Position numbers and translations under genes: made by a program. From the NCBI RefSeq assembly GCF_009834535.1, contig NC_045701.1, positions 32,736,001 to 32,800,000 of the forward strand: 64,000 nt of DNA, read 5' to 3'. This document shows, in pieces, positions 1 to 30,339 of the stretch (position 1 is the stretch's first letter; the number at the start of each line of letters is the position of its first letter). Source of the stretch: Camelus ferus (lineage: Eukaryota). The notes beneath the pieces were generated by a model. That model was not told the DNA's origin and made no database searches. It was given only the letters and a program-made list of their open reading frames with translations.

Positions 1-599
1 TGATGCCAAGCCGCCAGCTGGCTGTGGGTCAAGGGTTGACAGAACCCTGGGAGGTTGTCACTAACCAGACCCTCCCTGCCATCCTAAAGCCTCCCCTCCT
101 GGCCTAGTTCAAACTTGCTAAAAAGGGCTTTCATAAACAACACAAGTCTGAAAACTCTTGAAAACCAGGGCGCTCTCCCCGCCCTTCCAGCTCTGGGGGC
201 TTCAGGAGGGTCTGGGCTGCCTGCCAGCCCCGGGCTCTCCCCAGACTCGGGGGTGGGGGTGGGGGGTGGGGAGGCGGTGCTGTTACTCCTTCCTGCTCGG
301 TCTCCAGCCCGGAGTTTCCTCAGGCCCCAGCCTCCCAGCCTCTCCACCCCGCTCTCCCTTAACCCTTTCCTCCGAGGGAAGGAGGATCGCTGGTCTCGAT
401 TCTCCAGGGAGGCTTGGGAGGCGGCAGGGTGGGCAGGAGGAATAGAGAGAAAGGGCCGGTCCCCGAAACCAACCTCCCTCTCCCCCACCCAAGTGCCCCT
501 CCTCCCCCTTCCTCTTCCTCCCACTGGGGAAAGGGGACGGTGGAAGGAAATTAACTTTGACCCCGGGATTCTGGCTCTGGGCCCAAACCTTGGGTGGAA

Positions 600-1026
600 G
601 GCAGAGGTTTCCAGCAGCCTCCCCCCCGCCCCTTCCCTGCCCCGCCGCCTCCCCCCGCCGCCTCCCCCCGCCTCCCGCGCCCCTTTAAGCTACCCAGCAG
701 CCGCCGCCAGAGTTCATCCTGGAGGGGCTGGCGGAGTGGTGGAGGGGGAAGGCTGGGGGCGGAGGGAAGGGCGGCGGGAGCCCGACCGGTCCCACCCCCG
801 GCTGCAGCCCCTGGCAGGAAGAGATTGTCGCGGGAGCAGCCGCCGAAACGGACGGAGCTCAGGAAAGCGGGCGCCCGAGCCGCGGCGGGTGGGTCCGCGC
901 GCCGGGAGGACCCAGGCAGAGGCGGGGGCGCGCCGCCGGGAGGAGGGGGCGTGGCCCAGGCGCCTCGGACCCGGGGACCCCGGTGACACTGTCGGCTCCC
1001 TCGTTCCCGGGGCCGGCAGGGCAGCC

Positions 1027-1040
<14 letters not shown>
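600..1040 (+). promoter_or_regulatory. NYNRIN: NYNRIN CpG-island promoter with probable non-coding exon 1 (donor GTGGGT at 889) and acceptor AG at 1018-1019
   Basis: CpG-dense GC-rich stretch. The acceptor is followed by GGCAGCC-ATG, the same start context as KHNYN at 31452-31461. Confidence 0.7.
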
Positions 1041-17792
<16,752 letters not shown>

Positions 17793-19558
17793 GCTGGAGC
17801 AGAGAGGGGAGCCCCCACCCCAGGGCCCTGGGCTTTCGCTGCTAGGCCTCCCCCTGCCCCCAGCAGTGCTCTCACAGCCCCCTGCGGGGCCTTCATTGTG
17901 CCTTTTGTAGAGAAGTTATTTCATAAGCTTTGCTGAATTGCCTTGAACTGGGGACCAGCATCCCTATGGAAACATCCCCAGGTTGGGGTCTTGGGAGAAT
18001 CTGCTAAAGGCTGTCAGATATGGGTCTCTGGTCGGGTAGAGAGTTCCCTTATTGAGGCAGGCCAGATTCAGGGTCTCTTCCCAAGTGAAATGAAAATACA
18101 CACCCACCCTCCTCCTGAATCTGACTCCTGGCTGTGGGAACCACGAAACAGTGTGTCTCTGGACCTCAGAATCGAAACCACATCCCCCTCTCAAACAGAA
18201 ACCTCGAACGTGGGCTCCTCCCCCGACCTGTTCATCTGGGGGCCCTTTGCCCTTGAAGCTGTCACAGCTGACACAGATCCATGCAGGCTGTGGAGAGGCA
18301 GCCTGCTCCCAGTCTGCCCAGTCTGGCAGACCAGCCTAGGCCTGCCCAGCTGTTGAGGAAGGGCTGGCTGACCCGGGCCTCGCGGCTGGCAGCTGGGGTG
18401 GAAGGATGGCCAGCCAAGTTGGCACGTCCTGCCCGTCAGCCCAGGAAGGGCAAGGGGGAGACGGAGTCAGCCTACCTCATGTGACTCCACCCAGTGGAGA
18501 TATTTCCCACCCCCTGCTTCGATGATATCAACCCCCAGGAGTCAAGGATCTCGATGCCAAGTGTGGCATCTCTATCTGAAGAGCTGCTTCAACTCTACCA
18601 AGGGGCCCAGGCCTCTGTTTCGGGGGGAGGGTGACTGAAATGAGCAGTCTGGCCCATGGTGAGGTGCTGGCGTGGCTCTACCTCCCGACCCCACCCCAAA
18701 GCCCACAGCCCTCTCCTCCTCCCACCGCTGCTATACCCTGCACCCCCAGACCCGACATTGTGTATGACCGCTTTGTCTGGATCCCCGCCCCTGCCCCAGT
18801 CCCCTGGACCTGCCTTCCGTGTTGAGAAAAACCTGGGCTCTCTTAGAGCCACTCTGCAAAGACGACTGGCTGCAAGAGTGCGTTTCTCCCAGGTGTGTGC
18901 GCCTTCACTCACCCCTCCGAATTGCTGCTGCTGCCGCCGACAGAATGGGTTCCAGGTGGAGGACAGCACCCCGTCCCTCTGGCTGGGCCTCTAAGTAGTT
19001 GGATTTCTCCAAAGCTGAGCCAGTCTCCCGGCCTAGCTCAGGTTGCCAAAACACTTGACATTGCTAGAGCCAGAGTAGAACCTGCCACTGAGTCCAACCT
19101 GCGTGTTTTAGGAAAGAGGCCTGGAGACCGGAAGTGACTTGCCCAAAGTCACACAGATTGTTAGTGGCTGAGCTGGGACCAGGATTAAGCCTCTGACTCT
19201 CAGTTTACCATAGACGGGGTTCAAGCCAGAGAGGCTCTCAAAATCCTACATCCATCTTCTTTCCAACTCCCCGTCTCCCAAATCTTGTAGATGAACTACT
19301 TAGATGTTGCCCTTAAACCATTTCTAGCTGTTAATTCTGACCAGGAAAGCATGCTTGGATGACAGCTGAGAAATGGAAAGGTGAGCTGTGGGGTTTTTAG
19401 CAGATACCTCTTCCCTCCTCCTCTCCCCCTCTTCCTCTTCCCTCTGAGGGTCTGTCCAACCTCATTCTCCCTCCCCAGTGCTGTACCTATTCCCCTCTGT
19501 TAACCACATTTATGATCTTATACCCTTTTATGTGACCTTTTTTTTCATTTGATTTGTC

Positions 19559-19564
19559 AATAAA
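19559..19564 (+). terminator. NYNRIN: Probable NYNRIN poly(A) signal AATAAA
   Basis: AATAAA about 1.8 kb after the stop, followed by a T-rich downstream element at 19591-19609. Confidence 0.65.
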
Positions 19565-20139
19565 CGAATCAAAATGGAGCTAGAGTCTAGTTTTTTTTTT
19601 TTTTTTTTTAGCGTTAGATTCAATTATGGAAATGAGGAGGGTGGGACGCAGTCATGGGGCATGGCCGCTGCATGTTCCCCAGGCAGACTTGCAGATTTGA
19701 CAGCCTGGATAGTAACTTCTCAAGTTCGTCTGATCCAGGCTCTTATTTGACAGATGAGGAGACCAGCGCCCAGGCAGTGATACAGCTCAAGGCCACCCCC
19801 ACCTCGCCCCGGCTGGTTCATGGCAGGGCTGGGTGCAGAGCCCAGGCCGCGGGCCTCACACTAGCGCTCTTCCCAGTTCCTGTCTTGGAAGTGGGCGGGG
19901 GAGAATGCAGAGGGATGAAGACTGGTGTAAGAGGGCGGCATCAGTGCTGCCCCAGCCAGGCTGTTTGAATACTGACTCTGTGCCTGCTACCTGTGTGGCC
20001 TTTTCCTGAGGCCTCGATATCTCCATGTATCACATGTGGGGTAACAATTCCTAAATTAAGGATGGTGCAAGGAGAATATGAAATAATCTGTGCGAAGAGG
20101 CTGCTGTGGTGCCCGGTATGGAGTAAGTCTTCATCACCA

Positions 20140-20687
20140 TGATGGACTGCACGTTCGTGTTTCCCCCAAATTCATATGCTGAACCCCTAATCCCTGGTGG
20201 GATGGTGTTAGGAGGTGGGCTTTTGGGAGGTAACTAGATTTAGATAAGGTCCTGGGAGTAGAGCCCCCATGATGAGGTTAGTGTCCTTCTAAGAAGAGAA
20301 TGAAACTAGATCTTGCAGTCTCTCCACCACCTGATACAAGGAGAAGACGGCCGTTTGCAGCTGAGGAAGTGGGCTCTCACCAGACCCATGATCTGCCAGC
20401 ACCTTGATCTTGAATCAGCCTCCAGAACCATGAGATATAAACTTCTGTTGTCTAAGCCACCCACCCAGTCTGCAGTGGTTTGTTTTGTTTTTGTTTTTGT
20501 TTTTTTTACTTTATTTAAAAACATTTTTCGTGGGGAGGAGGTAAATGGATATTTATTTATTTATATGGAGGTATTGGAGATCGAACCCAGGACCTTGTGC
20601 ATGCTAAGTATATGCTCTACCACTGAGCTATACCCTCCTCCCCAGGCTTTGGTGTTTTTGTTACAGCAGCTCGAACTGATGAAGACA
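20140..20687 (+). mobile_element. MLT1 (MaLR) solo LTR interrupted by a SINE
   Basis: Begins tgatggactg...ccccaaattcatatgctgaacc and ends ttacagcagctcgaactgatgaagaca, typical of MLT1A/B. Confidence 0.75.
20485..20643 (-). mobile_element. tRNA-derived SINE, camelid vic-1-like
   Basis: Reverse complement reads GGGGAGGAGGGTATAGCTCAGTGGTAGAG...GTCCTGGGTTCGATCTCC, with A and B boxes and an A-rich tail. Confidence 0.8.
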
Positions 20688-22759
20688 GTAATGTACTAGC
20701 TAACATGTCTCTTCTTCCTGCCCCTGGAACACTTGTTCTTGCTCTCAGGCGCAGAGACCTTCCTAACCCTGGCAAAGCTTCCAGAATTTGGGTCTCCGCT
20801 TCTTGCTGCTTTTCTCATCTGTCCAAACTTCTGTTCAGCACTGGCAGTGGGGCGGAGTGGCTGGAAGGAACTGTCCTTCCTGAGAGCTCCCCAGCTTACA
20901 TGGACACCATCACCCAGTATGTACAGAGCATCTGCTGTGTGCCAGGTCCTGTCTAGGTGTGGAGTGGATGGCAGGTGACGGGAGTGGCATGGTCTCTGCC
21001 CCTTTGCAGTGCACAGTCAGGTGATGGAGCCAACTTCACAAGCAAATACTGTGTGAGGCGGTAAAAGAAGGAGTGTGGCACAGGAGCCCAGGGTGCAGGG
21101 GCCTGAAGTCTCAGCTCACACAGGATCCAGAGAGGTCCTGCCTTCCCTAACCCCCTTCACCAAAAGTAATGCACATGCTCTTAGGACAAGGCAGCGAGTG
21201 AAAGGTTCAGAACTCCTAAGTGGAAGATTGAACAGAAAGATGGCTTAGCAAAATCTCTATTTTCTACTCAAGAGGACTTTAAGCAAGAATCAGATCTGAC
21301 CCACATTGGCTTCTGAGCCCTTGGATAGTGAGATTTCTCTTCTTCACTGTTGAACAGTTTATAAGATCTGATTTGAGATTCCTCCTACTTTTAGAAGAAT
21401 AGATAAAGAAATTGGTCCACAGCCGAGCACCGTGGGCATGGTGGGCTACTGGTCACTGCTTCTCTCCTTTATATCGTCTCTGTTTTCCCTTCTCTTTGGG
21501 GACACTGAGAGCTCAGCTTTCCCAAGGCACTAACAGAGAAATTATAAAGTCCTCAGTAGGCAGATAGTCCCAGACAAAGCAAAATATAAAGAACAACCCA
21601 CACAGTATCTCATTCCTATATTTAAAAGTATACAGGATGGTAATCTTATAAAATGATCTGGTGAGATGGGGACCCCCTACGTTTTGCTATACTGTTTTTT
21701 CCTAGCTACCATTCATTATGTCCTTGTGTTTCTGGGTAAAAGTGGACATACCTGAAAGAAAGAAGCATTGTAACAGACAAATGGCTACAATAAAACAAAA
21801 TAAAAATCTCTCCTGCTTTTTAAAGACCGTCCAAGAACACTTGGGCTGTGCACGATTTTTAACTTGTTTCCTAATTCCTATGGTAACAGTAACTTACATA
21901 TAATGAGTACTTGCTCCATGCCTTCCAAGCCTGTGGGGTAGATACAGTTATTCTCTCCATTTTATGGAGGAAGAAAATGAGGCACAGAGAGGTTGGGTAA
22001 CTCTCCGAAGGTCATGTGCAGCTACTACGTGAGAGACTCCAGTGCCCACCATCTTTACCACTAAGCTCACTGCCTCTCATGCAAGTACATTCACTTTGCT
22101 GCTGGAGCTACTTCCCCCCATGAATCTATGGCCTCTCCATCTTTTATTAATGTATTATATAGTGTCAGTTAAGACTTCTCCATTTCAGTTTAAGTCCCGA
22201 TTAAGATGATTTACGAACTAAAACAGGACCTGGTTTACCTCAGTTGGGTCCAAGAATGATTCTCTTGCCCTGATAAACTTTGAATCGAAGCCACGCCCTT
22301 TTTCTGAGCTGTGATGAGAAAACAGCTATTTTGAGTTGCTGCCTAGGCATTCTGTGCTCACACCCAGAAACTGCACATTTAGATGAGGACATAAGTTTAG
22401 GACTCCTGCCTCAAATTCCTGCTTTGCTTTTCCTGAGGCACCTTTTAAAATGACCATTTGAGGTTGAGCCTATGTAAAGGGAGCGACCTCCATCCCAACC
22501 ACCTTATACGTAACAGGTGCTTGCTACCACGCTCGCTTGTGACCTGGGATGGAGGACTGCCTTTCCCCAACTCACTGCCTCCCTTTCTCTGCGAGATACC
22601 TGCCAATCCCATGTGGTGGCTATGCCTCCTCATCCAACAGATCATAATCTGCATACGCTTAATTTAGTACCAGCTGTGGGTCCCCTGACACACAGGTGTA
22701 CTATTTTCCCTCAGCTAATAAATGGTGCTGTTTCATAAATTTCCACAGTCTTGTAGATG

Positions 22760-23800
22760 GTGAAAAATGAACTAGGGGAGATTGCAGCAGCTGGATTGCT
22801 AAAAACCTGAAAAATCACATTAAGAAATATGGATTTAATTCTAGACCCTCTCCCTCCCCTGGGATCCCCTAAAGGGCTTTAGGCAGTGAAGTTTATTTAA
22901 ATAGATCACTATGGCAACCCCAGTGTGGAGCATGGATTCAGAGAAGCAAAACTGGAGGCCAAGTGGACGGTTAGGAAGCTTTCATAGGACTCGATCTGAG
23001 ATATTGGTTGCTTGAGTCAGGATTGATGGGGAACAATGGATGGAACTGATGGATGTCAGTGACTGGATGTGGAGGCTACAGGAGAGGGAGGAATTGAGGA
23101 TCATAGCTGGTGTTTGGTTCGGGCAACAGGGAGGTTCCATTTTTAGACACAGAGACTAAGGGAGGAAGAACAGATTTAGGGAGGAAAGACTCTAATTTTA
23201 GTAGTTTGATTTTAAGGTGGGATGGCCAACGTAGAAGTCTGAGGTTTAGGAGGGAGGTCCTGTGTAGAGACAAAACATGTGGAAGTAGTTGGCAATGGAT
23301 GGAGACTGGAGCTTCTGAGGGTGTGTCAGGACAACAGAAATCCTAGGGCATAACCTTGAGGGACATCAACCTTTAGGAGATGGGCAGAGGTACAGGAGCC
23401 TGAGAAAGAAACTGGCCTGAGCAGAGAAGTGGAGGGAGAGCCCAGAGCATGCAGGGTCAGGGAAGCGGGGCAGGGGATGCTTCTAGAAGGAGGGGGTGGC
23501 CAACAGGATTACATGTTAGGGAGAGTTTGAGTAACAGAGGACTAGAAGATAGTGACATCAGTGACTCAGAAATCATGAGTGACCAGCTGAGGGCAATTTA
23601 GGTGGAGCAGCAAAAGCCACAGTTGACTTAAGGGGTGAGCAATCGGTGGTGAGCATAGATACTTGGCTCTAAAGGGGAGGAGACGTGATGCTGACTAGCT
23701 GCGGAAGCACATAAAGCTGAGGATAGCTGTATGTCTACCACTGTTTCCATACCCACCTTCTCTTTGAGAGTTAAGAGACTTGAGTCTATCTAACTGCTAA
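22760..23800 (-). mobile_element. L2 LINE remnant
   Basis: GA-rich degenerate sequence with L2-like motifs (ttgagggacatcaacctttagg). Boundaries approximate. Confidence 0.5.
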
Positions 23801-24937
23801 AGAGAAGGAGTGAGTAGGGGGGGAGACGTTGAACATACAAGAAGGAGGAGAGGAAGAGAAAAGGGTATGTTTGCAGGACACGGAATCCATGACTGGTGGA
23901 TGAAGATAGCCACCTTGACAGAAGAAAGGACACGACTTCTCCTGGGTCAGATAGGAAGACGGAGAGATGAGGAGGAAGGTGAGTTTCCGGAGGTGGAGGT
24001 GGGAAGGGTTCCTCTCGGTGTTTCTGCTTTCTCAGTGATGTAGGAGTCTGCTGCTGGAGGTGGGGACAGAGGTGGAGGGGTAAACATTTTAAGGAGAGAA
24101 CAGAAGGCTTCATTTGGATTCCGGGGAAAATGAGGAAAGAAGACGGCAAAGGAAAGCACGGAAGAATTGCCTGGAGGATTGAGGACCAGGGGTGGCTGGA
24201 GACCAGGGATTTAGATCCACAGCTAATTCTTCAGCGGGACTCCTCTCTGTAGGAATCAGCTGCCAGGGCGTGGGCGTAGGGAAGGCGGACAGTTGGATTC
24301 TATTCTTAGGATCCTTTAAGTCCTAGGAGATTTTTGTGCCTGGAGAGGAACACTGGCTACCATCTGTGCTGTATTTATTGTTTGTTTAATATATTTACTT
24401 CATAAACCTACTTAAGCAAAAAACGTCTAAATATTTAAACACCATTTATATAACCAACAAGTCAAAATCTACACATTTTACAAATCAAATTATTTAAACA
24501 TTGGTTGCAAACTTAAATCCCCCTACACATTTCAGTAGAATCGCCGGTATAATATGTCAGCTTCTCTAAAAGCATAAACATTTTGGTAAAGCACATACAT
24601 TTTGCAAGGATTATAAAATGTATTACACCTACACTTAAACTCATTATAAAAATGGGTTTGTAGACCCAAGAGGACACTGTCTCAGTTCAGAACAATTTTT
24701 GAATTTGGATATACAAAAGAGGAGTATTATCTCGGTGCAGATGAAGTTTTGGGTTTAATCAGTGAATTCTTGGTTGGGACCTGGACACTGCTTTTACCTT
24801 CTAAGACGATGGAACTCTGAGACAGTGTTTATCCTATATATCTTGGGAAATTTCAAGCCCACACCTTTTCCATGTATTAAGCACACTGTAACCGGATGTT
24901 TTTTTCTTTAAATGACGTCATCTTTAAATTTAATGAC

Positions 24938-25465
24938 TGTGATATGCAGATGTCCCAAAGATATCCATGCCTGAATCCCTGGAACCACTGAGTAAGTTGT
25001 GTTTAATGCCAAAGGGACATTTTCATATGTAATTAAAGTTATAGGCCTTAAAATAGATAGATTATCCTGGTTTATCTGGGTGGCCCAGTCTAATCACACT
25101 AGTCCTTAAAATCAGAGAATTTTCTCCACTCAAGTCAGAGGCATGGCAGAAGGGTAGGTCAGAGATTCAAACTGTGAGAAGGACTTGGTCTGACATTGTT
25201 AACCCGAAGACTGATAGTCAGGGACCTCAATCCTACAACCACAAGGAACTGATTTCTGAATGTGCTTGGGAGTGGACTGCACCATTTCAGTAAGGAAGGC
25301 AGCCCTGCTTACACTGGCTCTTGACCTAATAAAATCCCAAGCAGAATCCAGTCATGCTGTGCTGGACTTCTGACCCACAGAAACTGTAAGATAGTAAATA
25401 GGTCAAAGTTGTGTTAAGACACTAACTTTGTTGTAATTGTTTTACAGCAATAGAAAACTAATACA
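24938..25465 (+). mobile_element. MLT1D/E-like MaLR solo LTR
   Basis: TG...ACA termini, MLT1 motifs (gattatcctggtttatctgggtggcccagtctaatcac), and 5-bp flanks atgac/ataac. Confidence 0.75.
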
Positions 25466-25589
25466 ATAACTTTACTGCCATTATTGTATAAATTCATCTA
25501 GCTCATTTGCATTTATAAAAAACTTCCCCAATAGCCCTGATATGGTTGCTTTCCCCAATATCCCATCTCCTCTTCTTCTTCTTATGTGA

Positions 25590-26290
25590 CTCCCGATTTT
25601 TAGCTAGGCATGGCTGCCTGGACTAAAGACTCTGTTTCCTAGCCTCTCTCCCTTGCCTGGTGTGGCCAGGTTGTGACTAAATGCTAGCCAGTGAGATGCA
25701 ATCAGAAATGTTGGGTGGGGAGGAGGGTATAGCTCATTGGTAAACTGCATGCCTAGCATGCGTGAGGTCCTGGGTTCAACCCCTAGTACCTCCACTAAAA
25801 AAATAAGTAAATAAACATAATTACCTCACCCCACTCCCAGGGAGAAAAAAAAGAAAGAGACAGAGAGGAAGAGAGAATGCAGAATCTTAACTAGGAAACA
25901 AGATACATGGTTTATGGTCATAGTTCTATTAGTAAATCATGCTGTGATCCTAGACTTCCCTCATTGTACATTCAAATAAAATAATCGAAAAAAAAAAAAA
26001 AAAAAAAGAAGTGTTGGGTGCACCTTTCAAAAAGTTTCTTTAAAAGGAAATGGGTGTGCCCTTTCTTCTTTCTTTCTTCCTGGGGGCTGTAAGGCTGATG
26101 TAATGGTTGGAGCACAAGGAGCCATCTTGGGTCAGGAAGTGATATGCTAAAGATGGTAGAACACCAAGAAAGGAAACTGGGCTGTGATGATCATAAAACT
26201 GCCATCCATCTCTTGACCCTTTATTTGCAGGTTCTTCTATGTGAGATAGAGATAATCCATTATCTTGTTCAAGCTATTATGATTTTGTGT
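25590..26290 (+). mobile_element. Old MLT1J/K-like LTR, host of the SINE insertion
   Basis: MLT1-type motifs continue on both sides of the SINE (tagccagtgagatgcaatcagaa..., gcacaaggagccatcttgg). Confidence 0.55.
25718..26006 (+). mobile_element. tRNA-derived SINE (vic-1-like) with 3' extension, AATAAA and poly(A), flanked by a 14-bp TSD
   Basis: Head gggaggagggtatagctcattggtaaa...gtcctgggttcaacc. TSD agaaatgttgggtg (25704-25717) and agaagtgttgggtg (26007-26020). Confidence 0.85.
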
Positions 26291-26479
26291 TTTATTGTCA
26301 CTGTAATCTCCTTATAATTAGTAGGGTAGTATAGAAGCTCTCTTTCTAAGAGATGATGGATCAGGTTTGAGCAGTGGCCGTTATCTTTTGGATGTTTGAC
26401 TAATTCATCATCATGTAACACACTGTTGGACTTTCTTCCTAGTTGTAACGTATGACCAGATGGTGCCAATCAGTCTCTT

Positions 26480-27250
26480 TCATTCTTGGTAAAGTTCCAG
26501 TTTTTTTCTGGAATCACTCACAGTTCTCTGTATCCACCCTTCCCTACTTATGCAGATAAAGAAAAATAAATGTATTTTATGAATAGATAAAATATCTGCT
26601 ATATTATGTTTATACTCTTTTACTTACCAAAATTAACTAAAAATATTCTATTATATTAATACTTCACATAGTATATTAACTACCTTTTTGCATATTTTAC
26701 AGTGACTTTTTCCTTTTTGAAAATCACAAGAGTCATGGATTTTAAAAATTCACCTTGTTCCAATTAACTGTACTATTTTTCTTTTGATTATCAAATTGTC
26801 ACAGAATGTCAGTTAGGAGCCTATAAAATTGGTTCCTTTGCCTTCTCATCTCTAAGCTGTACATTTAAAAAAAGTATCCTTGCTTTTTGTCTTCAATAAC
26901 ATGTTCCATGCCTAGAGTTATTTATGGCTCTATTCTTCAAAAAACCCTGAGTCCTTTTAAAAGTGAGTAATAGTTGAGGCAAAGATCCAGGTGCTAAGAA
27001 TGCATATCAGATTTTTCCTGATGTTTCTATGCTACTTTAGTGACAAAGTTTGAAAAAGTTATTTCTTTTGAAAACCACAAATTCACATTGGTATTTCCTA
27101 TTTAACTCAAGCACTACCAAATCCTTTTTTATTTGACTCTAACATATAGTGACATTTATTTTCTCTACAACATATCTTCTTGTACCCTATAAGCCCTGAA
27201 CCAAATTGTAATGGCATCTTCTCTCTTTAGTGATCCTACAGGGTCTCACT
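26480..27250 (-). mobile_element. Old L1 (L1ME-like) fragment
   Basis: Very AT-rich degenerate L1-like text. Family not confirmed. Confidence 0.45.
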
Positions 27251-27266
27251 GATCACTATTCTCTAC

Positions 27267-27272
27267 TTTATT
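27267..27272 (-). terminator. CBLN3: Probable CBLN3 poly(A) signal
   Basis: AATAAA on the minus strand about 1.1 kb after the stop, at the edge of unique sequence. Confidence 0.5.
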
Positions 27273-28393
27273 GGTAGATTTGTCCATGCTGGGCCAATGG
27301 GACAGACAGGTGAGACAAAATTTATAACACTGGCAGGAGAGTGGTTGAAGGGGTGAGTCATGGAATCCAAGGTAATCGGACTTTTAAGAAGGAGGGTAAG
27401 ACAGTACAGATCAGGAGAAAGAAGAAAGGTGATGGGATAGTGTTGAGCAGGTACAGTGAAGGTCACTGAGAGAGCTGGGAGGAAGGAAGTGGTGCTCAGA
27501 GCACGGAGCGATCATAGTTCTGACTATAAAGGTGGACCAGTTCCAGGAGGTAGCGGTCACTGATGTGTTCCATACCTGGAGATCTATACTTGCCCACGTG
27601 TGACTGACCTCCATCACCAGCCTCCAAAGGCAGCTCTATATAACCACTCTCGGCCAAAGCAAACATACACACCCCGTGTCCTGGGTGGGGAGGTGAGGGC
27701 CAGAGTCCATCTGGGATTTGAGACAGGCACCGGGTTCACTGCCTGCTGGCTGCCCCAAGGTACATGAAAAATATGTACTGTGTTTGGGCTGGGCGCATGT
27801 CCCCTTCTTGCTGCCACAGCCACAGGCTCCGGGCTGCTCTGTGGACCTCCCCACACTCCTTCTACTGGTTGAACCTCCCGTCCCAGCCCACACACTGCTG
27901 GCTCAGCTTCTAACTGTGCTGGCTGAGATCTGTGACGCTGGCACTCCTCACAGGAAGGAGCCTGCAGAGCACACTGAGGCTGGTCCATCTGGTCCCCTGT
28001 AGGTGCCTGTCAGGCTCACCTGTACCACCTGTTCCCAAATAGCACTGAGCAGGAAGCTTGAGTTGGGGATGGGGGCAGGAGGAGCAGAGTCTGCAAAGTA
28101 GCGCCTGCCTCCCTACCTGCCAAACCCTGCCCTGACCCTAGGGCAGCTGGCAGAAGGAGATGCAGTGGGAGGCTGGGAGGCAATTGTGGGGGTGGAGTAA
28201 GAGGGGCAGGTCCCGAGACACCACAGCTCTACTCTTCATCTTAGATGTATGGCACAGGGCCCCATGCAAGGAGGTGGAATATAGGCAGCCAGAGGGAGCC
28301 CCTCTCCCACCCTAAAGGTGCTGCTTCTGGGGCAGGAGAGGGCAGAGGACAGAAGTCAGGGCCTAGATTACCATCCTTGAAAGGCTAGAGTCC

Positions 28394-29704
<1,311 letters not shown>

Positions 29705-30339
29705 CTAGGCTCTAACCACCCCACACCCTGCTTCTCAGCTCTCTCTCTGGGACTCACTGTCACCTGGTCTTGGCATCTCCCTCTCCATACCTCTCTGTGC
29801 CCCAAGATTCTGTCTTGCCTCTCACTCCTGCTGTCACTGCAGTTCCCTCCTCCTTGGCAGGGCACAAAATGACAGCAGTTGGGCTCTGGGAGGGAGAGGA
29901 GAAACGAGGCAGCCAGACAGGAGGGCTACAGCCAGAACCCCAGGGCAGCCCCTCCCAAGAGCACTGGAGGCTGGAACTGGGATCACAGAGAACACGGGTG
30001 TATGCCTGAGAATGTGTGTGCGTGTGTGCATATGTGTGAGTGTGTGCATATATGTGAGACAGTTCCTGCAGCCTCTTCCTCCTCCTCACTCCTCCCCTCT
30101 TCAGAATCCCTCCTAGCAGCCTCTTTCCCTCTTTTCTTGTTGGAAACAAGAGTGTCCTAGTGTATTCCCCACATTTGTTTTGGTGGAAAGTGCTTGGGCC
30201 AACAGTGTCACTATCCTGTGACCCTGGGCCAGTCTCTTTCTTTCCTTGGTCTTCCGTATCTTCATCCGAAGGGACAGGATTAGTCCCTTTAAGGCCCTTT
30301 CACCTCCGACTCTCAGTTAGTGGTTCCCCGTTCCTGAGA

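Noticed and set aside
20565-20643. tRNA-like sequences here and at 25718-25795
   Set aside because: SINE heads with A-rich tails; no full cloverleaf. Not tRNA genes.
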